The notes beneath the pieces were generated by a model. That model worked only from the letters and a program-made list of their open reading frames with translations, ran no database searches and was not told the DNA's origin. From NCBI GenBank assembly GCA_009783465.1, contig WRDM01000007.1, positions 8,447 through 72,446 on the forward strand: a DNA stretch of 64,000 bases. The letters are read 5' to 3'. Position numbers and translations under genes: made by a program. This stretch comes from Phycisphaerae bacterium. GTDB lineage: Bacteria > Planctomycetota > Phycisphaerae > SM23-33. Below are positions 52,624-61,433 of the stretch, in pieces; position 1 is the stretch's first letter; every line of letters starts with the position of its first letter.

Positions 52624-53727
52624 ATGCATAACCACACGATACCGCCCCAGTACACTACGATGTCCCGCGAGGCATTGCGGGAACGCGTCGCGCGGCGGAA
52701 GCGGGAGTTGGGGTCGCGATTGGTCGTGCTGGGACATCATTACCAGTCTGACGACGTGGCCTCGCTGGCGGATTTTGTCGGCGACAGTTTGAAGTTGTCG
52801 CAGCAGGCGGCGGCGCTGGCGGGCGTGGAGTACGTGGTGTTTTGCGGCGTGCATTTCATGGCCGAGTCGGCGGATGTGCTGTCGCCCGGTGCGACGGTGG
52901 TGCTCCCTCACGCGTCGGCGGGATGCGCGATGGCGGATATGGCCGAGGACGAGGCGGTATCGCGCGCGATCGCGGAGGTCGCGTCAGCCGGCGGCGGGCG
53001 GGCGGTGCCGATCACGTACGTGAACTCGACGGCGGCGGTGAAAGCGGCCACCGCCCGCGCGGGCGGGGCGTGCTGCACGTCCAGCAACGTGCGAAACGTT
53101 TTCGCGTGGGCGCTGGCCCCGGCGGGACAGGGCGGCGCGGGGGCTGATAAAATCTTCGCCATTCCCGATGAAAATCTAGGCCTGAACACGGCCGTCGCGA
53201 TGGGGTTCGGCCCGGCCGACTGCGTGGTGTACGATCCGCGTCAGGCGTACGGCGGGCTTGACGTCGAACAGATTCGCGCCGCCCGGTTCATCCTGTGGCG
53301 GGGGCACTGTTATGTACATCAGCGGTTCACCGCCGACCACGTGCGGGCCGCCCGGCAGCACCGCCCCGGCGTGCGCGTGATGGCCCATCCCGAGTGCCCG
53401 CGCGAAGTCGTCGCCCTCGCCGACGAGGCCGGCTCGACCGAACAGATCATTCGCGCCGTGGCCAACTCGCCCGACGTGCGCGACTGGGCCATCGCCACCG
53501 AGAGCAACCTCGTCAACCGCCTGGCCAAACAACACCCCGACAAATGCATCCGCACCCTCGGCGACGCCGACGCCCTCTGTATCCAGATGGGCCGCGTCGA
53601 CCTGCCCCACCTGCTATGGGCCTTGGACAGCATCGCCGACGGCAAACCGGCCAACGTCGTCCACGTGCCCCAAGCCATCGCCGACGACGCCCGCACCGCG
53701 CTGGAACGAATGATCGCGATCCCATAA
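52624..53727 (+). CDS. nadA: quinolinate synthase
   Basis: It has VLGHHYQ, FCGVHFMAESA, YVNSTAAVKA, MAHPEC and ATES.LV.RL. The start is ATG 52624, with an alternative at 52660. Confidence 0.85.
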   Translation: MHNHTIPPQYTTMSREALRERVARRKRELGSRLVVLGHHYQSDDVASLADFVGDSLKLSQQAAALAGVEYVVFCGVHFMAESADVLSPGATVVLPHASAGCAMADMAEDEAVSRAIAEVASAGGGRAVPITYVNSTAAVKAATARAGGACCTSSNVRNVFAWALAPAGQGGAGADKIFAIPDENLGLNTAVAMGFGPADCVVYDPRQAYGGLDVEQIRAARFILWRGHCYVHQRFTADHVRAARQHRPGVRVMAHPECPREVVALADEAGSTEQIIRAVANSPDVRDWAIATESNLVNRLAKQHPDKCIRTLGDADALCIQMGRVDLPHLLWALDSIADGKPANVVHVPQAIADDARTALERMIAIP

Positions 53728-53845
53728 CGTGACGCGGGCGTCTCGCCCGCTTTGGACTGGCCATAACAGAACATCTTGCCTACTGGCTGGCGCTTGCGAG
53801 GGCAAGATGCCCTCGCGGACACGCGGGCGGGACACCCGCGTCACG
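53728..53845. repeat. J-family element, intergenic copy (between convergent nadA and the DUF58 gene)
   Basis: CGTGACGCGGGCGtctCGCCCGC ... GCGAGGGCAagaTGCCCTCGC gga CACGCGGGCGggaCACCCGCGTCACG. Confidence 0.9.
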
Positions 53846-54745
53846 TCAAAACCGCTGCTGCCGCTGCGCCAGGAACTCCAGCAGCGCCTTGTCGAACGTC
53901 ATCGCGTTGTCCACCGTCACGAAATCCGCGCGGATGCCCTGGCAAGTCGTGCGGTATTCGTCGATGAAACGCCGCAACTCGTCGAGATACGCGGCGCGGA
54001 TCGCCCGCGAGTCGGCCTGGATCGTCTCGCCGGTTTCGGGGTCCTCGAATCGCGCGGGGCCGTCGAAATCGAACGTCGCCTCGCTGTGGTCGAGCACTTG
54101 GAAAATGATGATGTCGTGCCCGCGGAACCGCAGGTGATGCAGCGCGTCGAGCACCTGCGACGGCTCGCTCAGCAGGTCGCTGATGAGGATCATCAGCCCG
54201 CGTTTTTTCACCCGGCTGGCGATGTCGTGAAGGCACTGGGCCAGCCTCGTCTGGCCTTGCGGTTTGTGCCTGGCCAACACGGACAGGATGTTTGTCAGAT
54301 GGGTCCGTTTGCTTCGCGGCGGCAGGAAGTCGCGAAGTTTTTCGTCGAACATCGCCAGGCCCACCGAGTCCTGCTGGTGGATCATCATGTACCCCAGCGC
54401 GCCGGCAAGGCAAATGGCGTAGTCCATTTTCGTCATCCGCCCGCCCGTGGAAAAATCCATCGACAGCGACGTGTCCACCAGCAGGTACGCGTCGAGGTTC
54501 GTCTCGGCCTGATATTTCTTGATGTAAAACCGGTCCGTTTTGCCGAAGACGTTCCAGTCGATCTGGCGAATGTCGTCGCCGGGCGCGTACTTGCGATGCT
54601 CGCTGAACTCCACGCTGAAGCCGTGATACGGCGAGCCGTGCAGCCCGCTGAGAAACCCCTCGACAATAAACCGCGCCCGCAAATCCAGCCGGGCCACCTG
54701 CTGGATCACGTCCGGCCTGATGTATTGTTCGATGCGCAACGCCAT
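53846..54745 (-). CDS. DUF58 domain protein (vWA-like, MoxR-associated family)
   Basis: It has G.H.S...G.S.EF.EHR.Y.PGDD.R.IDW and then LLVDTS.SM. The start is moved to ATG 54745. Confidence 0.85.
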   Translation of the reverse strand: MALRIEQYIRPDVIQQVARLDLRARFIVEGFLSGLHGSPYHGFSVEFSEHRKYAPGDDIRQIDWNVFGKTDRFYIKKYQAETNLDAYLLVDTSLSMDFSTGGRMTKMDYAICLAGALGYMMIHQQDSVGLAMFDEKLRDFLPPRSKRTHLTNILSVLARHKPQGQTRLAQCLHDIASRVKKRGLMILISDLLSEPSQVLDALHHLRFRGHDIIIFQVLDHSEATFDFDGPARFEDPETGETIQADSRAIRAAYLDELRRFIDEYRTTCQGIRADFVTVDNAMTFDKALLEFLAQRQQRF

Positions 54746-54964
54746 GCCGGAATTGTCCGCTCCGACGGGGCAGTGTGTCAATACAGGCACGACAGGCAAA
54801 ACTCGAATTCCGAAATTGGGACTGTAGCATGGCAGGGGTGCACGTCGCCCTGCCAATGTTCTCCCGCCGCTTGTCACGGTCGATTTGTTTGCCTAACATA
54901 TTCATGTCTTTACGCGCCGCCGCCCGATAATATGACGGTGGCATCTACAGGAGAGCACGAAGTT

Positions 54965-55579
54965 ATGGAACATCGAAACGCGCATAGCGAATACCGCGGC
55001 GATTACGTCAGCCGGCGGGAAATGACGCTCGAGGAGCGGCTGGCGGACGAACGCATCGTCTTTCTCTGGGGCGAGATCAACCCGTCGTCGGCGGGCAGTC
55101 TCATCATGCGGCTGCTGGAATTGCAGACCAAAAGCCCCGACCGCGACGTGAATATTTACATCAACTCGCCCGGCGGCAGCGTCGACGACACGCTGGCGAT
55201 TTACGACACCATGCAGTTCCTCAGTTGCGAGGTGGCGACGTACTGCGTCGGCCAGGCCGCCAGCGGGGCGGCGCTGGTGCTCGCCAGCGGCACCAAGGGC
55301 AAACGCTACGCCTTGCCGCACAGCAAGGTCATGGTTCACCAGCCCTGGGGCGGCGTGACCGGGCAGGCGTCGGACATCAAAATACAGGCCGAGGAAATCC
55401 TCAAGGCCAAGCGGCTGCTCAACGAAATCCTCGCCGCGCACACCGGGCGGACCGTCGACCAGATCGAGCAGGAAACCGAACGCGACCGCTTCATGTCGCC
55501 TACCGAGGCCAAGGAATACGGCATCATCGACCAGATCATCGAACATCAGCCGCGCACCAAGCGTGCGGCCACGAGGTAA
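54965..55579 (+). CDS. clpP: ATP-dependent Clp protease proteolytic subunit (divergent N-terminus, Ser-His-Asp intact)
   Basis: It has [17 protein letters not shown] (Ser), MVHQP (His) and ETERDRFMS (Asp). AGGAGAG lies upstream of ATG 54965. The 5' two-thirds of ORF 53729..55579 is antisense to the DUF58 gene. Confidence 0.85.
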   Translation: MEHRNAHSEYRGDYVSRREMTLEERLADERIVFLWGEINPSSAGSLIMRLLELQTKSPDRDVNIYINSPGGSVDDTLAIYDTMQFLSCEVATYCVGQAASGAALVLASGTKGKRYALPHSKVMVHQPWGGVTGQASDIKIQAEEILKAKRLLNEILAAHTGRTVDQIEQETERDRFMSPTEAKEYGIIDQIIEHQPRTKRAATR

Positions 55580-55586
55580 GCAACGC

Positions 55587-56225
55587 ATGGCAGACAATAA
55601 CCATTTGGTCCCGATCGTCATCGAAAAGACAGGCCGGGGCGAGCGGAGTTACGACATCTACAGCCGCCTGCTGCGCGACCGGATCATTTTCGTCGGCGGC
55701 GGGATCGACGACGAGATGGCCAATTTGGTCGTCGCGCAGTTGCTGTTCCTCTCCAACGAGGATCCCGACAGCGACATCAACATGTACATCAACTCGCCCG
55801 GCGGGAGCGTCTCGGCGGGGCTGGCGATTTACGACACGATGCAGTTCATCCGCCCCGACGTCCGCACGTACTGCGTGGGCATGTCCGCGTCGATGGGCGC
55901 GGTCCTGCTCTGCGGCGGAGCGGCCAAAAAACGCTTCACGCTGCCCAACAGCCGCGTGCTGATCCATCAGCCGCTGATTCGCGGCACGCTGACGGGCCCG
56001 GCGACGGAACTGGACATCGAAGCCCGCGAGATCATCCGCCTGCGCAAGCGGCTGTACGAAATCCTCGCCAAACACACCGGCCAGCCGGTCGAGAAAGTCG
56101 AGCGCGACTGCGACCGCAACAAGTGGCTCGAAGCCCACGAAGCCGTCGCGTACGGCGCGGTGGACGGCATTCTCGAACGCATGCCCGACATGCCGAAAAA
56201 GGCCGAAGAGGATAAGATTGGGTAA
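55587..56225 (+). CDS. clpP: ATP-dependent Clp protease proteolytic subunit (canonical N-terminus; Asn at the catalytic Asp position)
   Basis: It has [31 protein letters not shown] (Ser) and LIHQP (His). ERDCDRNKW aligns with E. coli ERDTERDRF, which gives Asn (codon 56118-56120) in place of Asp. Confidence 0.9.
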   Translation: MADNNHLVPIVIEKTGRGERSYDIYSRLLRDRIIFVGGGIDDEMANLVVAQLLFLSNEDPDSDINMYINSPGGSVSAGLAIYDTMQFIRPDVRTYCVGMSASMGAVLLCGGAAKKRFTLPNSRVLIHQPLIRGTLTGPATELDIEAREIIRLRKRLYEILAKHTGQPVEKVERDCDRNKWLEAHEAVAYGAVDGILERMPDMPKKAEEDKIG

Positions 56226-56237
56226 AGGCGGCGATAC

Positions 56238-57002
56238 GTGACAAAAAAAGCCACAAGCCACAAGCCACTAGCCACAAGGTATGGCCACGTCGGGCTTCAA
56301 TCAGCCGGGCCTTGGTTTACCGACAGGCACCGTCAGCCCCGCGTTTACTGGCTGTTTAGCCAGAGTCGTTCCCTACCTTGTGGCTTGTGGCTTGTGGCTT
56401 GTGGCTTTTTCGCTTGTCTTCTGCTATCCGGCTGCGACGTCGGCGGCCAGGCATATCGGCGGTTGGCGGCGGAGAATCTGGAGTTGAAGAACCAACTCGC
56501 CGCGTCGCGGGAGGAGAACGAGAAACTGGCGGCCGATCGGCAAGCTCTGCGGGCGCAGCGCGACACGCTGATGGCCATTCAGGATCATCGCGTCGAGGCG
56601 ATTCCGCAGGTGACGAGCGTGATATTCGGCCGATGGACCGGCGGCTACAATCTTCGCGGCGGCGACGCCCGCGGGCACGACGCCGTGAAAGTATACCTCA
56701 TCCCGCGCGACGCCTCCGGCAGCGCCATCAAGGCGGCCGGCAGCGTCACGATCCGCCTGTTCGACCTGGCCGCCCCCGAAGGCGCCGAACTGCTGGGCCA
56801 CTGCGAACGGACGCCCAAGGAACTCGAATCGCAATGGTTCACGGGCCTGCTCATGCCCGACCACTACAGCATCGTCTGCCCGCTGACGAAACACCCCGGC
56901 CACGCCGACGTCACCATCCGCGCGGAATTCGTCGACTACGTCACCGGCAAAACCTTCACCGCCACCACCACCGTCCGCGTCGACCCGCCCAGCGGGGAGT
57001 AA
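56238..57002 (+). CDS. hypothetical lipoprotein with a coiled-coil segment
   Basis: The lipobox is LLLSGC. The coiled coil is AENLELKNQLAASREENEKLAADRQALRAQRDTL and a beta-rich domain follows. The start is uncertain (GTG 56238, TTG 56385 or GTG 56394) because the 5' end lies in a repeat. Confidence 0.55.
   Translation: MTKKATSHKPLATRYGHVGLQSAGPWFTDRHRQPRVYWLFSQSRSLPCGLWLVACGFFACLLLSGCDVGGQAYRRLAAENLELKNQLAASREENEKLAADRQALRAQRDTLMAIQDHRVEAIPQVTSVIFGRWTGGYNLRGGDARGHDAVKVYLIPRDASGSAIKAAGSVTIRLFDLAAPEGAELLGHCERTPKELESQWFTGLLMPDHYSIVCPLTKHPGHADVTIRAEFVDYVTGKTFTATTTVRVDPPSGE
56243..56410. repeat. A-family hairpin, copy 5 (different interior)
   Basis: The arms are AAAAAGCCACAAGCCACAAGCCACTAGCCACAAGG and CCTTGTGGCTTGTGGCTTGTGGCTTGTGGCTTTTT. 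Confidence 0.9.
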
Positions 57003-57114
57003 CGGCAACTCCGAAATTCAAGTTCGGATTTTGCACCTTTGCCATGGAACGACCGCACGAAAACCTTGTTGCTCGCCACATACCCATGTAGAATGGCCGC
57101 CACACGGAGCATGG

Positions 57115-58062
57115 ATGCCCGAAACGACTTCACATTCTGACGTGGCCCGGTTGGCCGACATGGTGCGGCGGCGGCTGGGGGTGTCGCTCGGCGACGCGCC
57201 CGCCCCGATGGATCCCACCGACGTAGCCGATTACGACTGGACCACGCCCTGCCTGTACACGGCCGTCGAGCGGCAGCGGCTGGACACGTTCGCCGCCCGC
57301 ATGCTGCCGGCCGTGCGGACGGCGTTGACGAAGGCGTTGCGGCTGGAGTTTCCGCTGACGCCGCGGTCAGCGGCGACGGCCTATTTTCATCAGTGCGACG
57401 AAGGCCAATGTTACGCCCTGCCGCTGCTGTGCGAATCCGCCGTGGCGGGGTTGCTGCGGATCGACGCTCCGCTGGCGGGCGCGTGCGTCGAGCGGCTGTT
57501 GGGAGGCCCCGGCGACCTGCCGGGCCAGGGGCGAGAATTATCCTCCCTCGAAAACAGCCTGCTGCTGGACCTCTGCGCCACGCTGGGCGAGGCGTTTGCC
57601 AAGGCCTATCGCGACGCCGGCGGGCCGACGCTGACGCCGGCGGGCGAGTTGGCGAAAAATCGCCTGCCTCTGCCGTTTCCGCCCGAACACGAAATGGTGC
57701 GGTTCGCCCTGGCGGCTGCCAATCAGCTCGCGCCGCCGCTGACGTTTCTGTTTCCCCACGAGCGGCTGGATTTCATCGCGGCAGGCCTGCCCGCGCCCGT
57801 CGCCGAACCGGCACCCGACGAATGCCGCGCGCGACTGCTGGAGGCCGTCCACGACGCCGACCTCAACGCCGAAATCTGGCTCCGCGCCGCTTCCACCACC
57901 ATGAACGACGTCCTCGCCCTCGAACCCGACGACGTCATCCTTCTGCCACAGGAAATCAACGAACCCGTGAACGTGACCCTCTACGGACGAAAACTGTTCC
58001 AAGGCCTGCTGGGCGCCCAACACGGCCACTACGCGATGGAAATTCTGTCGGTGCATCCGTGA
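57115..58062 (+). CDS. FliM-like flagellar/T3SS switch protein (SpoA C-terminal domain)
   Basis: The middle domain has LL.LD..LA...VERLLGGPG......RELSSLE..LL..L and the C-terminal SpoA-like segment is MNDVLALEPDDVILLPQEINEPVNVTLYGRKLFQG. There is no N-terminal CheY-P binding LSQxEIDALL motif. Confidence 0.6.
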   Translation: MPETTSHSDVARLADMVRRRLGVSLGDAPAPMDPTDVADYDWTTPCLYTAVERQRLDTFAARMLPAVRTALTKALRLEFPLTPRSAATAYFHQCDEGQCYALPLLCESAVAGLLRIDAPLAGACVERLLGGPGDLPGQGRELSSLENSLLLDLCATLGEAFAKAYRDAGGPTLTPAGELAKNRLPLPFPPEHEMVRFALAAANQLAPPLTFLFPHERLDFIAAGLPAPVAEPAPDECRARLLEAVHDADLNAEIWLRAASTTMNDVLALEPDDVILLPQEINEPVNVTLYGRKLFQGLLGAQHGHYAMEILSVHP

Positions 58063-58084
58063 TCACCGCGAAAAGGATGTAAGC

Positions 58085-58423
58085 ATGGCCAAACAAACCA
58101 ACCCGGAGTCGCCCGAAGCCGATGCCGCCGTGGCGGTTCAGGAGCCCACGTTCACGGAGTTACCCCCCACCGCAGCCGGCGGTGGCGGCGGGCAGATCGA
58201 CATTCTGCTGGAAACGGCCATGCCCGTCGCCGTCCGCGTCGGCGAGATCGACGTGCCGGTCAAACAGTTGCTCCAGTGGACGCCCGGCATGGTGATTTCA
58301 CTGAACAAAACGCTGGGCGAGCCGGTGGACCTGTACTTGCGCGGCGTCCGCTTCGCGACAGGCCATCTTGTGGTCGTCAACAACCAGATCGGCGTGCGGA
58401 TCAAGGAAATTTTGAATAGATAG
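58085..58423 (+). CDS. fliN: FliN/SpoA-family switch protein
   Basis: The C-terminal ~75 aa is ILLETAMPVAVRVGEIDVPVKQLLQWTPGMVISLNKTLGEPVDLYLRGVRFATGHLVVVNNQIGVRIKEIL, the SpoA/FliN pattern. Confidence 0.75.
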   Translation: MAKQTNPESPEADAAVAVQEPTFTELPPTAAGGGGGQIDILLETAMPVAVRVGEIDVPVKQLLQWTPGMVISLNKTLGEPVDLYLRGVRFATGHLVVVNNQIGVRIKEILNR

Positions 58424-58489
58424 GTGCGACAGAGCAATCGCGTTGTCGTGGTTCGACGGTGAAAACATACCGTTTATCCGAAGGGATGT

Positions 58490-58578
58490 TTTCGTTGACT
58501 CGTTATTCGTTAACTCGTTGATTCGTCGAAAAATCCACGAGTTAACGAGAGCGTTCCCTCGAACAAACGGTACGATTT
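58490..58578. repeat. B-family hairpin
   Basis: TTTTCGTTGACTCGTTATTCGTTAACTCGTTGATTCGTCG...CACGAGTTAACGAGAGCGTTCCCTCGAACAAACGG. Confidence 0.8.
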
Positions 58579-58666
58579 CACCCATGGGCCACGAGAATGC
58601 GTTTGCCCTGGGAAAAACGCCCTTGTCCGCACGATTGGCTTATCGTACGATGCGTGCGAGCATTCC

Positions 58667-59206
58667 ATGAAAACGTTACGGACAGACGAGCAGGTTTCGC
58701 AGGCGCTGGAGCGGCTGTATGATGCCGTGCTGGCGGCCTTGCCTGCGCGGGGGCCGATTGCGGTGATTGGCATCCGCACGCGGGGCGAGGTGCTCGCGCG
58801 TCGGCTGGTGGACCGGCTGGCCGCCGATCGGCCCGAACAGCCCGTCCAGTTCGGCGTGCTGGACATCACGTTCTATCGCGACGACCTGGGCCGGCGTCAC
58901 GGCGCGCCGTTGGTTCGCGCGACGGAGATCCCCTTCGGCCTCGACGACGCGTGGGTGCTGCTGGTCGACGACGTGCTGCACACCGGGCGAAGCGTCCGCG
59001 CCGCCCTGGACGCCATTCGCGATTTCGGCCGACCCAGCGTCGTGCGACTGGCAGTGCTGTTCGATCGTGGCGGACGGGAACTGCCCATCGCCGCGGACAT
59101 GGTCGGGCTGTACGAACGCATTCAGGATCACTACCGAATCTACGTCAAACTGAAGGAATCCGATGGCGAAGAAGGCGTCTTCATCGTCAAGCAAACCCAA
59201 ACGTGA
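58667..59206 (+). CDS. pyrR: bifunctional pyrimidine operon regulator / uracil phosphoribosyltransferase
   Basis: It has IAVIGIRTRG, LDITFYRDD and the PRPP loop VLLVDDVLHTGRSVRAA. Confidence 0.9.
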   Translation: MKTLRTDEQVSQALERLYDAVLAALPARGPIAVIGIRTRGEVLARRLVDRLAADRPEQPVQFGVLDITFYRDDLGRRHGAPLVRATEIPFGLDDAWVLLVDDVLHTGRSVRAALDAIRDFGRPSVVRLAVLFDRGGRELPIAADMVGLYERIQDHYRIYVKLKESDGEEGVFIVKQTQT

Positions 59207-59324
59207 CCGCCGCGGACGTCTGGTGCAGGCCTACCGCCGCGCCGCAAAGACCGACCCCGCCGCCACACCCGCGCCCGCCAAACCCGCTGGCGTGCTCACC
59301 ACCATTTCCGCCGCAAACGAGGCC

Positions 59325-60311
59325 ATGAACTCGCCAGCGCTCGCACCTGACGCACACGTCGACGCGGCGAATGACGGGGCCGGCGATTTCGTCTGGACAC
59401 GCAAAGACCTCCTCGGCCTGGACGAACTTTCGGCGCGGGAAATCGTCCACATCCTCGACACGGCGGAGAGCTTCAAGGAAGTCTCCACGCGTTCGGTCAA
59501 AAAACTGCCGACGCTGCGGGGCAAAGTCGTCGCCCTGCTGTTTTTCGAAGACTCCACGCGGACGCGAATGAGCTTCGAGCTGGCCGCCAGCCGACTCGGC
59601 GCCGACACGCTGCTGTTCACCAGCCGAGGCTCCAGCGTGACCAAGGGCGAAACCACACTCGACACCGTGCGGAACATCGAGGCCATGGGCGTGGACATCT
59701 TCGTCGTCCGCCACGGGCAGAGCGGCGCGCCGCATCTGCTGACCCGGCAGGTCGGCGCGAGCATCGTCAACGCCGGCGACGGCCAGCACGAGCACCCCAC
59801 GCAGGCCCTGCTGGACATTTTCACCATGCGCCAGCGGCTGGGCGACATCGCGGGACTCAAAGTCGCCGTCGTCGGCGACATCGCGCACAGCCGCGTCGCG
59901 CGGTCGAACATCCTCGGCCTGAAAAAACTCGGCGCCGAGGTCGTCGTCGTCGGTCCGCCCACGCTCGTGCCCGCCGCCGTCCGATCCATGGGCTGCGAAA
60001 TCTGCGATCGCCTCGACGACGTCCTCGCCGACGTCGACGTCATCAACATGCTCCGCATCCAGTTCGAACGCTTCAGTTCCAACCTCTTCCCCTCGGTGCG
60101 CGAATACAGCCGCCTCTACGGCCTCAACGGCGAACGGATCAAACGCTGTAAGAAAAACGTCCTCGTGATGCATCCAGGCCCGATCAACCGCGGCGTGGAG
60201 CTCACCAGCGAAGTCGCCGACGGCCCAAACAGTTGCATCCTCCAGCAAGTCACCAACGGCCTGGCCATCCGCATGGCGGTGCTGTATTTGGTCAGTCAAG
60301 GCATGCGGTAG
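59325..60311 (+). CDS. pyrB: aspartate carbamoyltransferase catalytic subunit
   Basis: It has FFEDSTRTR, HEHPTQALLD and HPGPINRG. The start is set at ATG 59325. The longer ORF from 59163 would overlap pyrR and add a low-complexity leader. Confidence 0.9.
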   Translation: MNSPALAPDAHVDAANDGAGDFVWTRKDLLGLDELSAREIVHILDTAESFKEVSTRSVKKLPTLRGKVVALLFFEDSTRTRMSFELAASRLGADTLLFTSRGSSVTKGETTLDTVRNIEAMGVDIFVVRHGQSGAPHLLTRQVGASIVNAGDGQHEHPTQALLDIFTMRQRLGDIAGLKVAVVGDIAHSRVARSNILGLKKLGAEVVVVGPPTLVPAAVRSMGCEICDRLDDVLADVDVINMLRIQFERFSSNLFPSVREYSRLYGLNGERIKRCKKNVLVMHPGPINRGVELTSEVADGPNSCILQQVTNGLAIRMAVLYLVSQGMR

Positions 60312-60323
60312 CGACGTTTGCCG

Positions 60324-61433
60324 TTACCGCAGTGGTTCCGCGTGGAGAATTTCCGTGCCTTCGGTTTGCCAAATCTGTAAGGTGTCGGAGCGTTCTCTTT
60401 TCACGTCGCCGAACGCGTCGGGGTCGTGGCGTTTCATGAGGCGGTAGTCGCGGACGCCGGATTCGTCGCAGCCGAACAGGTGGGCGTAGGCTTTGTACAC
60501 GCGAGGCCGACCGATCACGCGGTGGGCGCCTGGCGGGCGGGGTGGGCCTTTTTCAGCCCCCACGCAGTGGGCGGCGCGGCGGTCGAGGACGAGGTAGCTC
60601 AGGGGCAGCGCCCGCAGGTCGATGCCCGCGAGGATGCCGAATTTCCGCCAGTTGCCGTCGGTGTGGATTTCCGGCGGGGCGGGCGCGAAGTGGTGACACC
60701 AATGTCGCTCGTTGCCCGCGGCCAGCATGCCGCAGACGGCCTGGTGCGTGCAGGGCGCGACGACGGCGAACTCATCCCGCAGTTTCTCCCGGACGTCAAT
60801 CAGCCGGCGGCTGATTTCGTGCGTGCCGGGCTCGACCCACACCACCGCCTGCGCCCGCCGGGCCAGCGCCAGCAGGCCTTGCAACGCGCCGTCGTTCAAC
60901 TCACCCAGCACATGGCTGACAATCAACGTCGCCACGTTCTCCGTGACGCGGGCGTCCCGCCCGCGTTGGTTTGACCATGATGGAACATCGTGTGCATTGG
61001 CAGGCGTTTGCGAGGGCGGGACGCCCTCGCGACACGCGGGCAAGATGCCCGCGTCACGATCGCCCGCCGTCAAAATCGCCACGCCCGGCAAGGCTTCGCG
61101 GGCACGGTCCGCCGCGAACCGCACCGCCAGCGCGGAACGGTCCGACAACGCCAGCCGCTCCATCGCTCCAGGCCAACGCAACCCCACCAGCCGCGACGCG
61201 ATCCCCGTGCCGCAGCCCCAATCCAGCGCAACCCCCGCCGGCGGCGACCAACCCAGCCTCGCCAAATCATCCAACACAAACCGCCACTTCCACCCGATCC
61301 GCGCCGCAAACGTCTCGTCATACGTCCGCAAATCACTGACATGTTGCCAATAATCCCCCCGCCCGGCCTGCCCGGATAAAAACCCGTCACGCAGCCGATG
61401 CACCGCCTCCCAATCTACAGCGTCCCAATCCAT
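60324..61433 (-). CDS. Rsm22-family (COG5459-like) class I SAM methyltransferase carrying an in-frame palindromic-element insertion
   Basis: The SAM motif is ALDWGCGTG and the C-terminal Cys cluster is CTHQAVCG...WCHH. ATG 61433 overlaps the argG stop (TAATG). Residues AGILPACREGVPPSQTPANAHDVPSWSNQRGRDARVTE are encoded by repeat 60941..61058. Confidence 0.7.
   Translation of the reverse strand: MDWDAVDWEAVHRLRDGFLSGQAGRGDYWQHVSDLRTYDETFAARIGWKWRFVLDDLARLGWSPPAGVALDWGCGTGIASRLVGLRWPGAMERLALSDRSALAVRFAADRAREALPGVAILTAGDRDAGILPACREGVPPSQTPANAHDVPSWSNQRGRDARVTENVATLIVSHVLGELNDGALQGLLALARRAQAVVWVEPGTHEISRRLIDVREKLRDEFAVVAPCTHQAVCGMLAAGNERHWCHHFAPAPPEIHTDGNWRKFGILAGIDLRALPLSYLVLDRRAAHCVGAEKGPPRPPGAHRVIGRPRVYKAYAHLFGCDESGVRDYRLMKRHDPDAFGDVKRERSDTLQIWQTEGTEILHAEPLR
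60941..61058. repeat. J-family element, copy inside the Rsm22-like methyltransferase CDS
   Basis: CGTGACGCGGGCGtccCGCCCGCG ... GCGAGGGCGggaCGCCCTCGC gac ACGCGGGCAagaTGCCCGCGTCACG. Confidence 0.9.

Noticed and set aside
53729-54964. 5' two-thirds of the 616-aa plus-strand ORF that ends as ClpP
   Set aside because: This part is antisense to the DUF58 gene and has no coding signature. The ClpP homology begins only at about ATG 54965, which is preceded by AGGAGAG.
58560-59324. Search for PyrR-binding anti-antiterminator loops (UCCAGAGAGG-type) upstream of pyrR and between pyrR and pyrB
   Set aside because: No convincing match was found. The closest (GUCUGGUGCAGGCCU near 59218) lacks the conserved purine-rich loop, so no attenuator is claimed.
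59163-59324. Longer pyrB ORF starting at 59163 inside pyrR and encoding a Ser/Lys/Pro/Ala-rich 54-aa leader
   Set aside because: It is a low-complexity extension overlapping pyrR by 44 nt. ATCase homology starts after the ATG at 59325.
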